A stretch of 63,573 bases of DNA, the filler included, from Folioceros fuciformis (Eukaryota), in assembly GCA_049999805.1 (NCBI GenBank). It is 5 parts of 4 records of this genome, joined end to end, with 100 filler letters (N's around TTAATTAATTAA, not from the genome) between each part and the next. Parts side by side here need not be neighbours in the genome. Positions count along the whole stretch, not along the records: positions 1 to 28,438 come from JBNGIO010005602.1; 4 more parts are not named here. One strand, 5' to 3'. Below the pieces are notes generated by a model. That model was not told where the DNA came from, did not search any database, and saw only the letters and a program-made list of their open reading frames with translations. Both the position numbers and the translations under genes were made by a program. Below, piece after piece: positions 1 through 12,644 of this stretch (positions are counted from its first letter, which is position 1; every line of letters starts with the position of its first letter).

Positions 1-451
1 TCTCCTCTCCTACACTTGCACGTAGATTGGAGTCGATCCTATTGACAGTAGCTACATGGTTCCAGTGCTGGGCCATGAACCCGAGGCCTAGCTCTTCCAC
101 CAGCCCTTCGGCTCTAACCCACCAGTGCTCCATGTTTGGCCAGAAGGCCACCTCAACCCGCGGCACTGGGGCTTGCTCCTCCTCCCTGGCCACTCCTGCC
201 GATGCCAGCTATGCAGCAACTCTCTCCCGCTTCATCTTCCTCTGTCTCCTCTTCGCTCTGCTTGACTCCGCTGGATTGGTTGTCGTCTACGCCGCCTCTA
301 TCTCGCTCAGCCGCTGTTGCGCCCGCTTGCTCTTCGCCGAGGTTGCGCTCTCCGCTCACGTCTCGTTTACCACTTCCGCTCCCTCACTTCTTAGTTGTGC
401 TCCCTTTTGAAATCGTAATTGGACCCTTCTGACCTTTCCTTAGGGTTTCAT
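1..451 (-). pseudogene. Degenerate ORF of unknown function, probably a transposon accessory gene (runs off the window start)
   Basis: One minus frame from ATG 451 reads MKP*GKVRRVQLRFQKGAQL...KRRQRKMKRERVAA*...VEVAFWPNMEHWWVRAEGLVEELGLGFMAQHW. All 4 stops are one C>T change from CAA/CGA/CAG. Confidence 0.35.
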
Positions 452-1202
452 ATTGTCAGGTCGCCTTGGTTCCACCACCGCCTGGAGCACTACTGCCGAT
501 TGGCCTTCCATGATGGTGGTTCACCTTCCACCACCGTTGCTGAGTAACGACATCCTTATTTTCTAGCCAAAGTCCACAACCCACCTANNNNNNNNNNNNN
601 NNNNNNNNNNNNNNNNNNNNNNNNNNNNNNNNNNNNNNNNNNNNNNNNNNNNNNNNNNNNNNNNNNNNNNNNNNNNNNNNNNNNNNNACATATATAGGCT
701 CCCTGGTGACACTTCCACTACCAAAGGCCAAGGACTACCCAGCTACCCCGGACACCTGGCCCGGCTCCTGGGTCATTCCAAAACCCCATGGTCCAAGGAG
801 GTCTTGGGTATAAATACCCGTCTTAATCTCAATCTAAGCTGCTTTCTTCACCATGTCACAAAAAAAATCAAATTCCACTCCATCTGTCACTCAAAAAGGG
901 GGTCACGAATATTATTTTTTTCTACAGCATGATTCGGCAGCGCCCCGGGACAAGTATAGAGCATATTGGAATTCGGCACAAGGGGGGGAATTGCTGGCTA
1001 AGGAGCAAGGCGAGAGGATCCTTTTGGTCAGTGGGCCAATTCGGGCAGCGGTGTGGGTGTGGGGTCCACATGGTAGGTAGGTCCCCTAGAAAAATGGTAG
1101 TGTTTCTTTTTTGGGGTTTTGATTGAGTTCCTTGGGAAAATAGTTAAGAAATTAGGCTAAGTAAGTCGATCAGGGTCTAGGTAGGAAGTGTGGTCAAAAG
1201 GT

Positions 1203-4200
1203 CACGGGCCTCGGTTCCCTTGGTTAGGGTGTCCGGATGTGTGTGGAACCCTAGATCTGTGAGCTCGATTCCCTTGGTTAGGNNNNNNNNNNCCCTTGGT
1301 TAGGGTGTCCAGATGTGTGTGGAACCCTAGATCTGTGAGTAGGAGGCGAATGGGTTCCTGGAGTGGGCAGGCAGGTACAACAATGGCGAGCCGGAACAGG
1401 GCAGAGTGGACAGGCAGGTACAACGATGGCAAGCCGGAACAGGGCAGAGTGGCTGCAGCAGCCGGAAAGAATGGCAAGCAATCACAGCGAGGAGAAGGAG
1501 GAGACCAAGCTGCGGGACCAAAAGCCTTGTGGGCCGTGCAAGCTGGAGTGGGCAGGGTTCAAGCCGGCTGGCCCGACAGGATGGCACGCAGCCTGGACTA
1601 GGGCCAGGCAAACCAAGCCTGCTAGTAGCTGGACCGAATCGGTAGAGGTCAAGAAAGAGCTGGATCGTGGCCAGGCAAACCAGTTGGGGAGCAAGGCACT
1701 GCTCTTGCGATTTTGGCTGGGTTCAGTTGGAGGCCGGGTCCGGGCGGTGGATCTAGGCCGGATGGCTAGTAGCCTCTAGGTGGCCTTGCTGGATTAGGTG
1801 ATTGGCAGGCGGCTGGTGGGCCAGTAGATCCAGTTAGCCAGGAGGCTGGGTGTAGAGCAAGGAGGCTGGGTGTAGAGCGAGTGGGTCGGCGGCTAGTGGG
1901 CCAGTAGATCCAGTCAACCCGGAGGCCGAGTGTAGAGCGAGGGGGTTGGCGGCAAGTTTCCTAGGCAGCCCAGCAGGCAGCTAGGCTAGTCCGACTGCAG
2001 GCAGGCAGCCCGGCCTGGCTGCAGACAAGCAACCTAGTAGCGGCAGTGGGGCAGGCTAGTTGGCTGATCCTGGAGCCAGGCATGCGGCCTGGCTGGCAAT
2101 TTAGCATCTAGGCGAGCGGGTGCCAAGAGCAAAGTTGTGGGGACCTGCAAGCTGGCAGCGGAAGTGATCAAGCTGGCTTGCAGGCGACTGGCAGGTGGCC
2201 GAGTCAGCAGCAGCCCGGCTACTGAGGACAGGCAAGCGCCCCAACAGCACGGCCAGCTAGTAGGCAGCCCCACAGGCAGGCGCCTGGCCGGATCGCTAGG
2301 CAGCCAGGCAGCCACCTAGCGATTAGCAGATGGTTGGGGGGAATCCTGGCTAGGCGGGCGGAGGTGGACCCATAGGCGTAGCAGGCCGGCATCGAATTCG
2401 GGTTGAGGACTGGCTGACTGCAGGCATAAGGGGCAGCAGGTGGCCCGGCCCGTCAGCAGACCGGTAGCCCAGACCGACCTAGCAACAGCAACGGCCAGTC
2501 CAACCCGGTCTGGTTGCAAGTAGGTAGCTAGCAGCGGCAGCCAGGCAGCCCCTGACGGCTGGCCAGAGGGGGAAATCCTAGCTGGGGAGAGATCTTGGCT
2601 GGCAGCCAAAATCAGCTGGGTGGCTGGCCGGATCCGAGAGGTAGGCAGGCTGGCTTGCAACCTCTGGGCAAGCGGACCCATCCGGCAGGTTACCCAGCAC
2701 TAGCAGAGCAGGCAGGCTGGTGGCTGATGTCTAGGGGGGGGGGGTCTGTTGGCTGGTGGCGGCCGCTGAAGAGCCTAGCAAGCAACCATCCTAGCCCAGC
2801 AGCAGGCAAGCAGCCGGGAGGGACCCAGACCGGCCAGGTGGGGTGCGGGTAGCCGGGCTGGTTAGGGCTGGAGGCAGGTGGATGGCGATGGATCCACCAG
2901 GGCTGGCTGGCTGATCACGGATGGCTGGAGGTGAACCTGCAGGCGGATCCGGCCAGGCAGCTGCTTGGCAGCGGTTGGCGGGCCAGGGGGATCCTTGCCG
3001 AGGGGGAATCCAGGCCAAGCCTGGCTGCTGGAGACCAGGTAGGCGGATCCAGGCACTGGCCGATTGGGCAGGCAAATCTAGCAGGCTGGCCGGGGCCGGA
3101 TCCCCAAGCCAGGTAGCGGCCTGGCTGCAGGATCCCAAGCAGAGGATGGGGCTGGCTGGGCGGGATCATAGCAGGCGGCCAACGTGTGGCTTGGTGGGCA
3201 GGCAGCCAAGCAGCTGCCAAGTGGCTGGCGGCTAGTTGAGGGGAGTTCGGGCTAGAATGGATCTTGGCGGGTGGCAGGCTGCTGAAGAGCCCAGGCAACA
3301 GCCCAACCCGGCCTGGCTGCTAAGAAGCAAGCAAGGGCAGCCAACAGCGGCCAACTCTAGGCGGCCTCACACCACGAACAACGGTAGGCAGCCGGTAGGC
3401 CGAGGCAAATGTATGGCAGCAAGCTATAGGGTCCAAGCCTACAGGCAGGCCGAGCCGGATCCAGAAAGAACGAGGCGGCTAGTGGCCTGCGGGCTGATCC
3501 AAGCCAGGTAGGCTGGCACGCCCGATCCTAGCCGCTGTCGGGGATGCCCATCCTGGCAGCTGGCTGGATTGCGGCCAGGCCAACCAGGCGGGGAGCAAGA
3601 CGCTGCCCTCACGACACGGCTGGGCTAGTGGATCCCGAGGGGTAGGAGGTTGGCTATCAAGCGGGTTGTATGGACGGATTAGTCGAATGGCGGCTAGCTA
3701 GCAAGCTCCAGGCGGCCTAGTCAAATCAGGCAGGTTGTCTGGCAGGCAGCCGGGTAGTCCAGGCGGGTGGCTGTCAGGATCGAAGGTAGGACACCGGAGA
3801 GGCAACCATGCTCTAGGCAAGCGAACCCATCCGGCAGGTGACCCAGCACCAGCAGCGCAGGCAGCCGCTCTGGCTGCAAGCAGGTTGCTGGTTAATGGGT
3901 GGCGGGGGACTGATGACTGGCGACCTTGCTGCTAGCCGGTCTGGCTAAATCCAACCTGCCAGGCCTGGCTGCCTCTCCCGGCCGCCTGCTTGTCCAGGCC
4001 AAGGGACCGGCCTGGTTGCAGTTGGGAGCAGCCAGGTAGATAGCCCAAAGGGCTGCACGATTCCAAGCAACAAATGGTGCCTAGCTGGGTGGGATCTAGG
4101 CAAGCCGGAGGACGATGGAACCAGGCAGCCAGGCCGGCTGGGTGGGTGGACCGTGGCCAGTCGGCGACTGGCTGAATCGTGGCCAAAGCAGCCGGGCTGT

Positions 4201-4440
4201 AGGAGGTGGATCCGGTTAGGATAGCAAGCTGGCTGGAGGCGAATCTAAGCAGGTAGGCACCTAGCCGGATCGCCAAGGTAGACTGTGCATTCAAGCAAGA
4301 AGGCAGGCTAGATTGGTAGGATTTGGCTAGGCTAGCGGGCAGGCAGATGGTAGGAAGGTCAAGGCGGCAAGCCGGCTGGTGATGGCAGCTATGGGAAGGC
4401 ACATGTGTTCGGTAGACGGCTAGGTCCGAAGGCAAGTGAT
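1203..4440. repeat. GC-rich, strand-biased degenerate repeat tract (ggcagg/ggctgg/gatcc motifs) with local ~54-bp and 43-bp tandem units
   Basis: cccttggttagggtgtcc... unit recurs at ~1217, 1271 and 1293; gagtgg(g/a)caggcaggtacaac... at 1361 and 1404; the many overlapping ORFs show no recognisable domain. Confidence 0.7.
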
Positions 4441-4836
4441 GGCGAAGGGCTCTGTTGATGATAGCGCTGTGGAGAGGTGCTACATCAGGGCAGTGCAAAG
4501 CGGGGGCTGGTGTCCAGAAAAGAATACGGGCCCTATGGTAACGACGTGTGCGATTGGATGGGGGGGCTGCATGCATCGGTGAGATGCGCCTTCAACCATC
4601 TACTGTTCTGGGCAACGTGCAGTTCTCTAACGTGTTGCAGGGGTACTTTCTGGATCTAGAGAATGAGCAGCAGTGGAAGTGTCGGCCAGTGTGGTGTTCT
4701 AGGTGCCCTCATTGAAGGAGGGGAAGCATTGGGCTCGAGTTCCAAATCCTGTTGGGGCCGAGAGGGAGTAGGGTGAGTTGTACAGCCTGGTGATCATGGG
4801 GGTTGGTTCATTGCACCAGCGAGCATGTTTGCGGAT

Positions 4837-4929
4837 CATCCTGGTGCACTGGAAGTAGGATTGCTTTTGTTCTTGTTAGCTTCATCTTGGTGCACTAGAA
4901 GTAGGATTGCTTTTGTTCCTGTTAGCTTC
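4837..4929 (+). repeat. 46-bp tandem duplication
   Basis: catc(c/t)tggtgcact(g/a)gaagtaggattgcttttgttc(t/c)tgttagctt x2. Confidence 0.9.
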
Positions 4930-5262
4930 CTGTCTAGGGGGAAGCAAATGGGGGTGTTCTGAGTGACACTCCAAGGATGACATGCCTTCCTAACAATATG
5001 AGGGAATGGAGCACTCCTAGTCTTGAGCTACTGTAAGCTCATTTTAGTGCATATGGGGCTCATGGAAGGTAAGGTCGTAGGGAACCACCCTCTGATCCCG
5101 CGGCTTGGGGAGAGGGAGTCATCCATTTTCAAGATGTGATCACAGTACTTGAAGAAGGTGGCGGTTTGAGGGAGTTATAGGGAAGTTTTAAGAGGCACTG
5201 ATGATTTTTGGTAGGGGCAACCAGCAGAGTCCAAGAGGCAGTGGGCAACCCCTCTTATGTCG

Positions 5263-5330
5263 GAGTTAGGGTTAGGTTTAGGTCAGAGTTAGGGCAGCTT
5301 AGGTTGGAGTTAGGGTTAGGGTTAGGTCGG
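5263..5330 (+). repeat. Cluster of telomere-like TTAGGG/TTAGG motifs
   Basis: gagttagggttaggtttaggtcagagttagggcagcttaggttggagttagggttagggttaggtc. Confidence 0.75.
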
Positions 5331-6208
5331 AGAGAGACTGTTGGGGGGGTGACTGAGGTTAACCCTATTAGTTAGAGATGGGGGTTTCTGGGCCAAGGTA
5401 GTATAAGAGGCCAAGCCTCATTGAGGAGGGGGTAGTCTTACTGTGTGATTCCCCTTGTTCCTTGTGTGTAGGCTATCGGGTTATAGTGCTGACTCGGTGT
5501 GAGATTGCACCAAGGGCTTATCTTTAGACGGTGGTGGATCCCTAGACTACCGAGATCTATGTGGCCAGATTCGCAGTGGTTGATCTTTTTTCATGCTAGC
5601 TAAGGTGAGGTTGTAGGGTTGTGAGCCAAGGAGGCTATCCAACCCTAGTCCTCACACCTCTGCCTTCAAGGCTACAAAAGGGGAGGCTGTTGTGTCCCAA
5701 ATTCCAGGAGTGAGGGGTTGAGCTGCAGGTTTTGGGAGTTGAAGTTGAAGTGAGGGCTGAAGTGTTGGAGTGACGTGCTGAAGCTGCAGTGAGGAGCTGG
5801 AGTGCTGGAGCTTGAGGTGCTGAAGTTGATGTGAGGAGCTGTAGTTGAGGTTGAGGTTCCCGTTCAGCTGCTGAGGTGGCTAGTACTTAGGGCTGAGAGT
5901 TGAAGGCCGAGCGAGTGCTGGAGTCTCCTTTTAGCTACAGAGGTGGCCGGTGCTTGGAGTTGAGAGTGGAGGCTGAAGTTGGTGCTGAAGCTTCCTTGTT
6001 ACAAAATGGATAATCTGCCCGTAACCCTGTTGACTAGCTAGTTACCATAGATCGTAATTAATAGTATTTAATAATTACGAACGGGTGTGCCTCTTCGAAA
6101 AAGACACCTAATGATGCTATTTAAGACACACTTTGTATACACTCTTTGGAGACTAACACTATGATACTATAGCACTATGACACTTTGTCTCTACACTATG
6201 GTCGGGCA

Positions 6209-6383
6209 TGATAGTAAGTATATATCTAACTTACTATAGGTTAGAGTACAGGTCCTAGGTTAGGTTTAGCTGATGGTTAATAACCATTTGTCGCGTGCAT
6301 GTGACACCGACCGTGTAAGACATTCATGACAATGCTATTAGCTTCCGACTACTCGTGCCCCTCGCGTGATCTTAGACTTGTCA
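6209..6383 (+). repeat. 5' LTR of copia A
   Basis: Direct repeat of 18887-19061. Confidence 0.95.
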
Positions 6384-6395
6384 GGGTATCAGAGC
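6384..6395 (+). promoter_or_regulatory. Primer binding site (tRNA-iMet) of A
   Basis: gGGTATCAGAGC directly after the LTR. Confidence 0.85.
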
Positions 6396-6753
6396 AGGAA
6401 TCTTTTTTATTCCTGATCTGGTCTAAGCGATTATGCTCATGCTATGCCTCGAATTTTTCGCGTTCTTGTGAGAAGTTCTTTTGTTGACGCGTAGCATTTA
6501 CAGCGTAGTTTGCTCTTCTTGATTCCCTGTCTACTCTGCGAGGTAGCAATGCATTGTTGGCTCTTTTACAAGATCTGAGCGCTGCAGTCTAAGGCAGTAT
6601 ACTTCCCATATTTTGTTCAGAATCCAAACTGAACATGTTCTGGATATGCCCTGCAAGTTGAAGGTGACCCTAGAAGTTTGTGAAGAGCAAAACGCATCAC
6701 CATCCTGCAAGGCAAACTGGCTGTTAGTGCAGCCCTAAGCTATCCTATCTACC

Positions 6754-6966
6754 ATGGCTCAACAACAGGCTACCACTACTACACCTACAATCAGCATCCC
6801 CAAAGAAGATAAATTCGATGGGGAGAATTACCATGTATGGAAAAAGAGCATGGAGGAGATTCTTAAGTCCAAAAAACTTTGGGCTCACATACATGGCACC
6901 GGCACACCTCCTGTGCCAACACCAAGGCCTGGTGCAGCTGCCACGCCAGAAGAAGTTGCTCAATGG
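6754..6966 (+). pseudogene. gag: Copia A gag N-terminus, interrupted by B
   Basis: MAQQ...EDKFDGENYHVWKKSMEEILKSKKLW; frame resumes as ...AQW|DEADQLAR at 14574. Confidence 0.9.
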
Positions 6967-7829
6967 TAAAAAGTTATGGTAACATGATCATAGCCTAGAA
7001 GATAACACACTTCTTAGCACATGAGAGAATGAATTATAGAGAGGTTTGAAAGAGTACAAAAAGTGTGTGAAAGGTCGTAACTGAAACAAAACCCTAAAAT
7101 GAAACTACAAGGCCAAAAACTTAATGACGTTTCAACTTCACCTCTAAATCTATTTATAATTATGAAGTTAGGGCTGGACTTATAAATAACAAACCTATCA
7201 TTTAATACCCCCTCTTAGTCCTAACCTTGGTAATTATGATAATAACCCGAAAAAATATGAAAAAAATAAGGTGGAAATATCGCGAGCGAATGCACGTGCC
7301 TTATCCACTCTTTAAGTGAGGCTCCTGATCCTGCCCTAGCCGCTCTCCACTGGCGTCTGTGTGATCTGATCCTACGCTGTGCATACCACATCACATGGTT
7401 GCCGTGCTAAATCAGATCGTAGTGAAGGTGGGCACAGGCTGTTGCTGTAGCTTGCAGCACAAAAAGGAGGCGCAGCCCCATTCACCTTGCTTGAGTCTGC
7501 CCGTGAGAGGCATGGAGCTGCACACCTTGATCGAACCGCATATGTGACATCGCTGTTGGGAAGGAAAAGGATTGGTGAGGATTTGCCGCTATTGCACGCT
7601 GATTAGATTGAAAGTTGAGCTTCCTCCATGGTGCTGCAGGCGAGTCCTGTGATGAATCTGTCTTGCGGCCTTGTTCAGTGTGCTAGTCTCACTTGTGGCC
7701 GTGTCTAACGTGTGTGCTGGGTCTACAGGTGGCTTGATAAGGGCTGAAGGTGTGCTTGTACCCTAGTGCCTGTGCTTGGTAGCAAGCATGCTAGCCTGCT
7801 GTTTCACCGTTGGCCATGAGTTGAGTGTC

Positions 7830-10800
7830 CTGCAGACACAGTCCCATTGATTTTCTGTGCTGCTCATGTAAGACTTTTGAAAGGCCTTTTGTTAGGAGAT
7901 GTGCCACGTTCTGGGTACATAAACTAGCTTGATCACCTTTTGCTCAACTGCTTGTCTTATATAGTGAAACTGGATCTCTATGTGTTTGATCTGGCATGTA
8001 GAATAGGGTTTGCTGACAGAGCAATAGCTGATTGGTTGTCACACTGGAGAGTAGTAGGAATCTTTTGCTGGACATGGATCTCGCTAAGAAACTGTCTTAA
8101 CCAGCTGATCTCTCTTGCTGCAAGTGATAGGGCACTATACTCTGCCTCCGTGGAGGAGAGGCTGATGGTAGAAAGCTTCTTACTCTACTAACTTACTGCT
8201 GATCCACAGAGCAAAGTGCAGTAAGCTGCAATTGATTTTCGACCATCAACTTCACCTGCCCAATCTGCATCCGAGTAGCAAGTTAGGATAAAATCTGTGG
8301 CCTTGGTGTATTTTAGGCATAAGTATCTGGTCCCTTTGAGATAGCGTAGGATTCTTTTAACAGCTACCCAATGACGTTTGCCAAGATTAGATAAATATCT
8401 TGATACGATCCCTGTTGCTTGTGATATATCAGGTCGTGTCCATCCTGCCAAATAGAGGAGGCTGCCGACTACCTCGCGATAAGGTATGCCTAACATTTCC
8501 TGTTTCTCTTCAGTAGTGGTTGGACAGTCCTGTAAAGATAGTTTCTCACCTGCAGCAACAGGTGTAGCAACTGGATTTACATCTTCTAACTTGAACTTGT
8601 TTAGTATTTGCCTGATAAAACGTTCCTGGTGTAAGGTTACGAAGGAGTCTATTGGATTAAAATGGAACTGTATCCCAAGGGCAAATCGAAGAGGACCAAC
8701 ATCCGTCATGTCCCACTCATCAGATAAGTTCTTCTTAATCTTGGCCATGACTTCTTGGCTGTTGGCAAAGATGAAATTATCATCTACATATAACGCAATA
8801 ATACACAACTCTTGAGCTGTTCGCAGGATGAATACACTGCAATCAGCAGTTAGTGGCACAAAACCTAATGCCTTGAGTTTTGCAGCAGCCCTACCGTTCC
8901 AAATATGGGCTGATTGCTTAAGTCCGTACAAGGATTGGAGCAACTCGCAGACCACAGAAGGGTCCTGAACGTATCCTTCCGGTTGCGGCATGAAAATAAC
9001 TGTGTCCAGCGGCCCATTCAAAAAGGCTGTCTTAACGTCCATTTGGTGGACTAATAGATGGATCTGGATGGCATAACAAAGCAGGATACGCATGGATGTT
9101 GGTTTAACTACTGGACTGAATGTTTCATCATAGTCAAGTCCCTAAACTTGTGTGTATCCACGGGCTACTAGACGGGCTTTATAACGAGCAACTATCCCAT
9201 CAAGGTTGAGCTTTAATTTAAAGACCCATTTAGATGAAATGGCCTTACGTCTTGCAGGTAATTTCACTAGTTTCCACGTTTTGTTATCTATCAAGGACTG
9301 GTATTCACTGTCTATAGCCTTTTGCCATTCTGCCTTTTGTGGTGATGAAAGTGCGTCTTTATAAGTCATAGGAGTATTTGGTGGCTCCATAACTGCTAAT
9401 GCCATGTGGTGTGCCATTTGTGTTAGGGAAACACGCACATTGTCTGAAGCAACTACTGCACTGTAGCTTGGGCAAGAAACAAAACTATCACCTGGTACAT
9501 AAGGAGGCTCAAGCCATTTAGATCTAGGTCTGTGCGGCCTGGCTGAATGGCGCAGAGGTAAGGGATCATGTGTAGGGTCCCTGTTATCAGCCTGAAGTTC
9601 ATCTCTTGGTCTGGTTGATTAGGCTGATCTAAAATTTCTTCCCGTGTAGGCTCAAGCTCCTGTTCATAATCCAAGTCTAGAAATTGCAGATCTGGTGGCT
9701 GGATATCCTATATGTCCTAGTCAGGAATAATTGGATCCTGATCTAGAGGAGGAGCAATTGCTGTAAAAGGTAAATTATTTGTGGCCTCATCAAGTTCATA
9801 GAGTGATTCATGATAATCCTCATCACTTGTATCATAATCTTGATTTGAAGCTGATTGAGGTGCATGCCCATGAACAGACGCTGGTGGCAACACATCGTGG
9901 CTGGATATGGCATGAAGATGAGACTTCAAAATGTAAGTCTCATTGAAACTTACACTTCTGGCAATAGTCAATTCTTTTGTTAAGGGGTTATAAAGTTTGT
10001 ATCCCTTAACAGTATCTGAATATCCTACAAAGATATGCTTGGTGGCCTTGTTGTCCATTTTGCGTGTTTTATCCTCAGGTACACAAGAATAGGCCAAATG
10101 TCCTTAGATGGCTAATCCGGGGCTTGTTGCCAGTCCACCTTTGATAGGGTGTGGTATGATAGAGTGGTTTCAAAGGTAATCTGTTGGCCACATAATTAAC
10201 TAAATCCACTGCTTCAGCCCAATATCCCCTTGTAAGTCCAGCAGCTATAAGAGTTGCCCTTGTCCTTTCCTGAATTGTCCTATTATATCTTTCAGTGTAG
10301 GGATTTTGTTGTGGATGGTAGGGGACAGTGAGCTGATGTATGATCCCCTTTTGTTTGCAGAAAGTTATGAATTCTGCACTCAGATATTCCTTGGCGTTGT
10401 CACTACGCAGCCGTTTAATAACATGTCCTGTTTGTGCTTCTGCCATAGCTACGTAGATATTCAGTAAACTTGGAAAAAGTCTGCTGTCGGCTATGTAGGA
10501 AATATAGTTGGCAGTAGTGACTCCATTCATCTAGGAAGGAGAGAAAATAGATTGCTCTGCCAAAAGAGTGAGTGGACATTGGTCCACACATATCTGAATG
10601 GATTACTTCCAACAATTGTGTAGCCCTAGTAGGAGATGGATCATTATAGGGTTTTTGAGAGAGCTTCCCAAACTGGCAGCTTTCACAAAACAAGTTGTTA
10701 TCAGCTTTAAAAGTAAGTCCATCCTTATATGGGTCTGGATGCCTGAGAACGTGCTGTAGGTATCCATGGCTAGGATGGCATAGTCTGTTGTGCCAAAGGA

Positions 10801-11199
10801 AAGTTGTGCTCACTCCAGGTTTAGCATTTGAAACTAAGGCTTGTTTCTCACCACGTGTGTTAGTGGCTGGTGTGATTTGCAGACTGTACAAGTCATGGTA
10901 AGGGACTCCTAAAGCTAAGACTAGCTTAATGTCATAAGCAGGAGTCACAAAACACGACTTAGGTGTAAAGGTAATATGCAAGCTGTGATCTAAAGTTAGC
11001 TTGTGAATTGAAAGTAAAATTTTGGTCATCTTTGGGACATGTAGAACACCTTTTAAAGTGATCTCGTGACCATGATTGAGTTGCAATCTAACATCTCTAG
11101 ACCCGTGGATAGCAAGTCCACTATCATCCCCTAAGAGGACAAACTGGCTGGTAGTTGGTATGATGTAGGTATAAACATATCGTGGGACTGACAAATATG
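7830..11199 (-). pseudogene. pol: Copia B pol (protease C-terminus, integrase, RT, RNase H), disrupted
   Basis: LWHNRLCHP, CESC, IHSDMCGP, LRSDNAKEY, YKARLVARG, QMDVKTAFLNG, LYVDD, YSDADWAG; stops and frameshifts. Confidence 0.95.
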
Positions 11200-11265
11200 A
11201 TTAGTGATGAAAGAACAAGGATTTGACCAGAAGAACATCTGAGTTTTATCGAACCNNNNNNNNNN

Positions 11266-11565
11266 GATGATAAGGTCTTGTGCCTTCTCGTCCCTGACGT
11301 CCCAGGACGTTCGAAGGTGTACTTCAAATCTTTCAGTGGGTCTGGGAAGTCTTCCTTCGACTATGTCCCAGAGATCTCGTTGTCGCAAGGCTCCTTTCAT
11401 CCGTATAGCCCAAACATAATAATTCTTTCCATTGAACCTATCCTTCTCTTTGAAGCTGTCACCATAATGATTAATCAAGGTATGATTAGAACTCCTAGAA
11501 GGATCCATCATGGGTGTATTTGGTGACGCTGAAAATTCTTCTTCAATATTAGATACTCCAGCCAT
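11266..11565 (-). pseudogene. gag: Copia C gag N-terminus
   Basis: KEKDRFNGKNYYVWAIRMKGALRQRDLWDIVEG. Confidence 0.9.
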
Positions 11566-11575
11566 AGCAGGTGAT

Positions 11576-12151
11576 CTAGAGGACTAAGCCTCGGCGGTAC
11601 AGCTTTCCATCTTCTCTATTGCAAGCTCGAAACTCCTCCCTTGCACGGTAACCTGCATCAGGAGATGATGACCTACTAGAAAGTTCCTGCACATCTTTGA
11701 ATTTAGAGAGATTGGACACCCTTACCCCAAGTTCTGTTAGTTTTCTCTTGAATTCAAGATGTTGAATTGTTAGAGAAGATAATTCTCTATCTAGGTCATG
11801 AATTTGGTGAGTTTCTATATTTTGGCCTTGTAGACAAAAGAATTTAGAAGCGTTAGCACCAGCTCTCAAATTAGGGATATGTTGAATAGCTAATTCTAAG
11901 GCCTTAACATGGATTGGGCTAAATACTTCTAGCAAATCACATCTAGCAAGCTTAATCAACTTCCCTTGGTCTGGTTTAGAAATTAGAATAGATGCAATGA
12001 AGTTAGCTATGCGAGAAGATATCTCATCTATCTCTCTTGCTATAATTTGTGAACTTCTATTGCTCTTAATCCTAACTTGATCTTGTTGTCTTGCAGGGCA
12101 ATTTCTTTTCCTAATTCTAGGCCTCCTCCTATTAAAAGAAATCAAATCCAT
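11576..12151 (-). CDS. Accessory ORF0 of copia C (191 aa, basic N-terminus, heptad-like C-terminus)
   Basis: Intact ATG-to-stop ORF between PBS and gag; MDLISFNRRRPRIRKR...FSPIHVKA...TIQHLEFKRKL. Confidence 0.7.
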   Translation of the reverse strand: MDLISFNRRRPRIRKRNCPARQQDQVRIKSNRSSQIIAREIDEISSRIANFIASILISKPDQGKLIKLARCDLLEVFSPIHVKALELAIQHIPNLRAGANASKFFCLQGQNIETHQIHDLDRELSSLTIQHLEFKRKLTELGVRVSNLSKFKDVQELSSRSSSPDAGYRAREEFRACNREDGKLYRRGLVL

Positions 12152-12465
12152 AAAGAGGAGACGAAGAATTAGTGCATATGAACATTATGGGAAAAGAGAT
12201 ATTTGCATGAGAAGAAAACATAAGAGAGCAGCAATTATAAAAGAGACACAATCCATCTAGCTAGGTGCTAGATTGGAAAAGATGTCTCCTAGATGCGCTC
12301 CTTAAATGCTTAAAGCTGCACTTGCATAATGAAGAGCAAGATGCTCTGATACCATGATGAAAATCTAGCCTTGCTCTTAGATGCAAATCTTAGAATGTAA
12401 TTGAATGTATATAAGAAGTAAAGTACAAGCCTTTATATAGGCTAGGTAGTTGGGCGGTTACAACT

Positions 12466-12547
12466 ATAAGTGGTTGTAACCATAAGTAGTTGTAACCGTA
12501 AGTGGTTGTAACCGTAAGTGGTTGTAACCGTAAGTGGTTATAACCAC
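12466..12547. repeat. 16-bp tandem repeat x5 inside the LTR of C
   Basis: taagtggttgtaaccg units. Confidence 0.9.
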
Positions 12548-12644
12548 TATAGCTAATAACTACCTAAGTAACCCTAGGTAGATAATTAAAGTTAAGAGGC
12601 CCTAATGAATAGTGCCCTAAATCTAGACTTATTTCATCAATTAG

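Larger units (their letters stand above)
11205..12639 (-). mobile_element. Truncated copia C inserted in the B protease (5' LTR 12355-12639, PBS 12343-12354)
   Basis: TSD ATTAG at 11200-11204 and 12640-12644 splits DSGATN|HIC; LTR TGATGAAA..TTTCATCA; PBS gctctgatacca; N gap at 11256-11265. Confidence 0.88.

Noticed and set aside
1203-4659. Many overlapping ORFs as genes
   Set aside because: Expected in GC-rich repetitive DNA; low-complexity translations with no domains.
3908-5145. CTGATGA motifs as hammerhead ribozyme (retrozyme) cores
   Set aside because: No appropriately placed GAAA or flanking helices were seen.
5263-5330. True telomere or vertebrate contamination
   Set aside because: Short, degenerate and interstitial, inside a plant repeat.
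6273-6287. Apparent compensatory pair in an LTR A palindrome (ATGGTTAATAACCAT versus ACGGTTAATAACCGT)
   Set aside because: Explained by two independent CpG deaminations on opposite strands; not evidence of selected structure.
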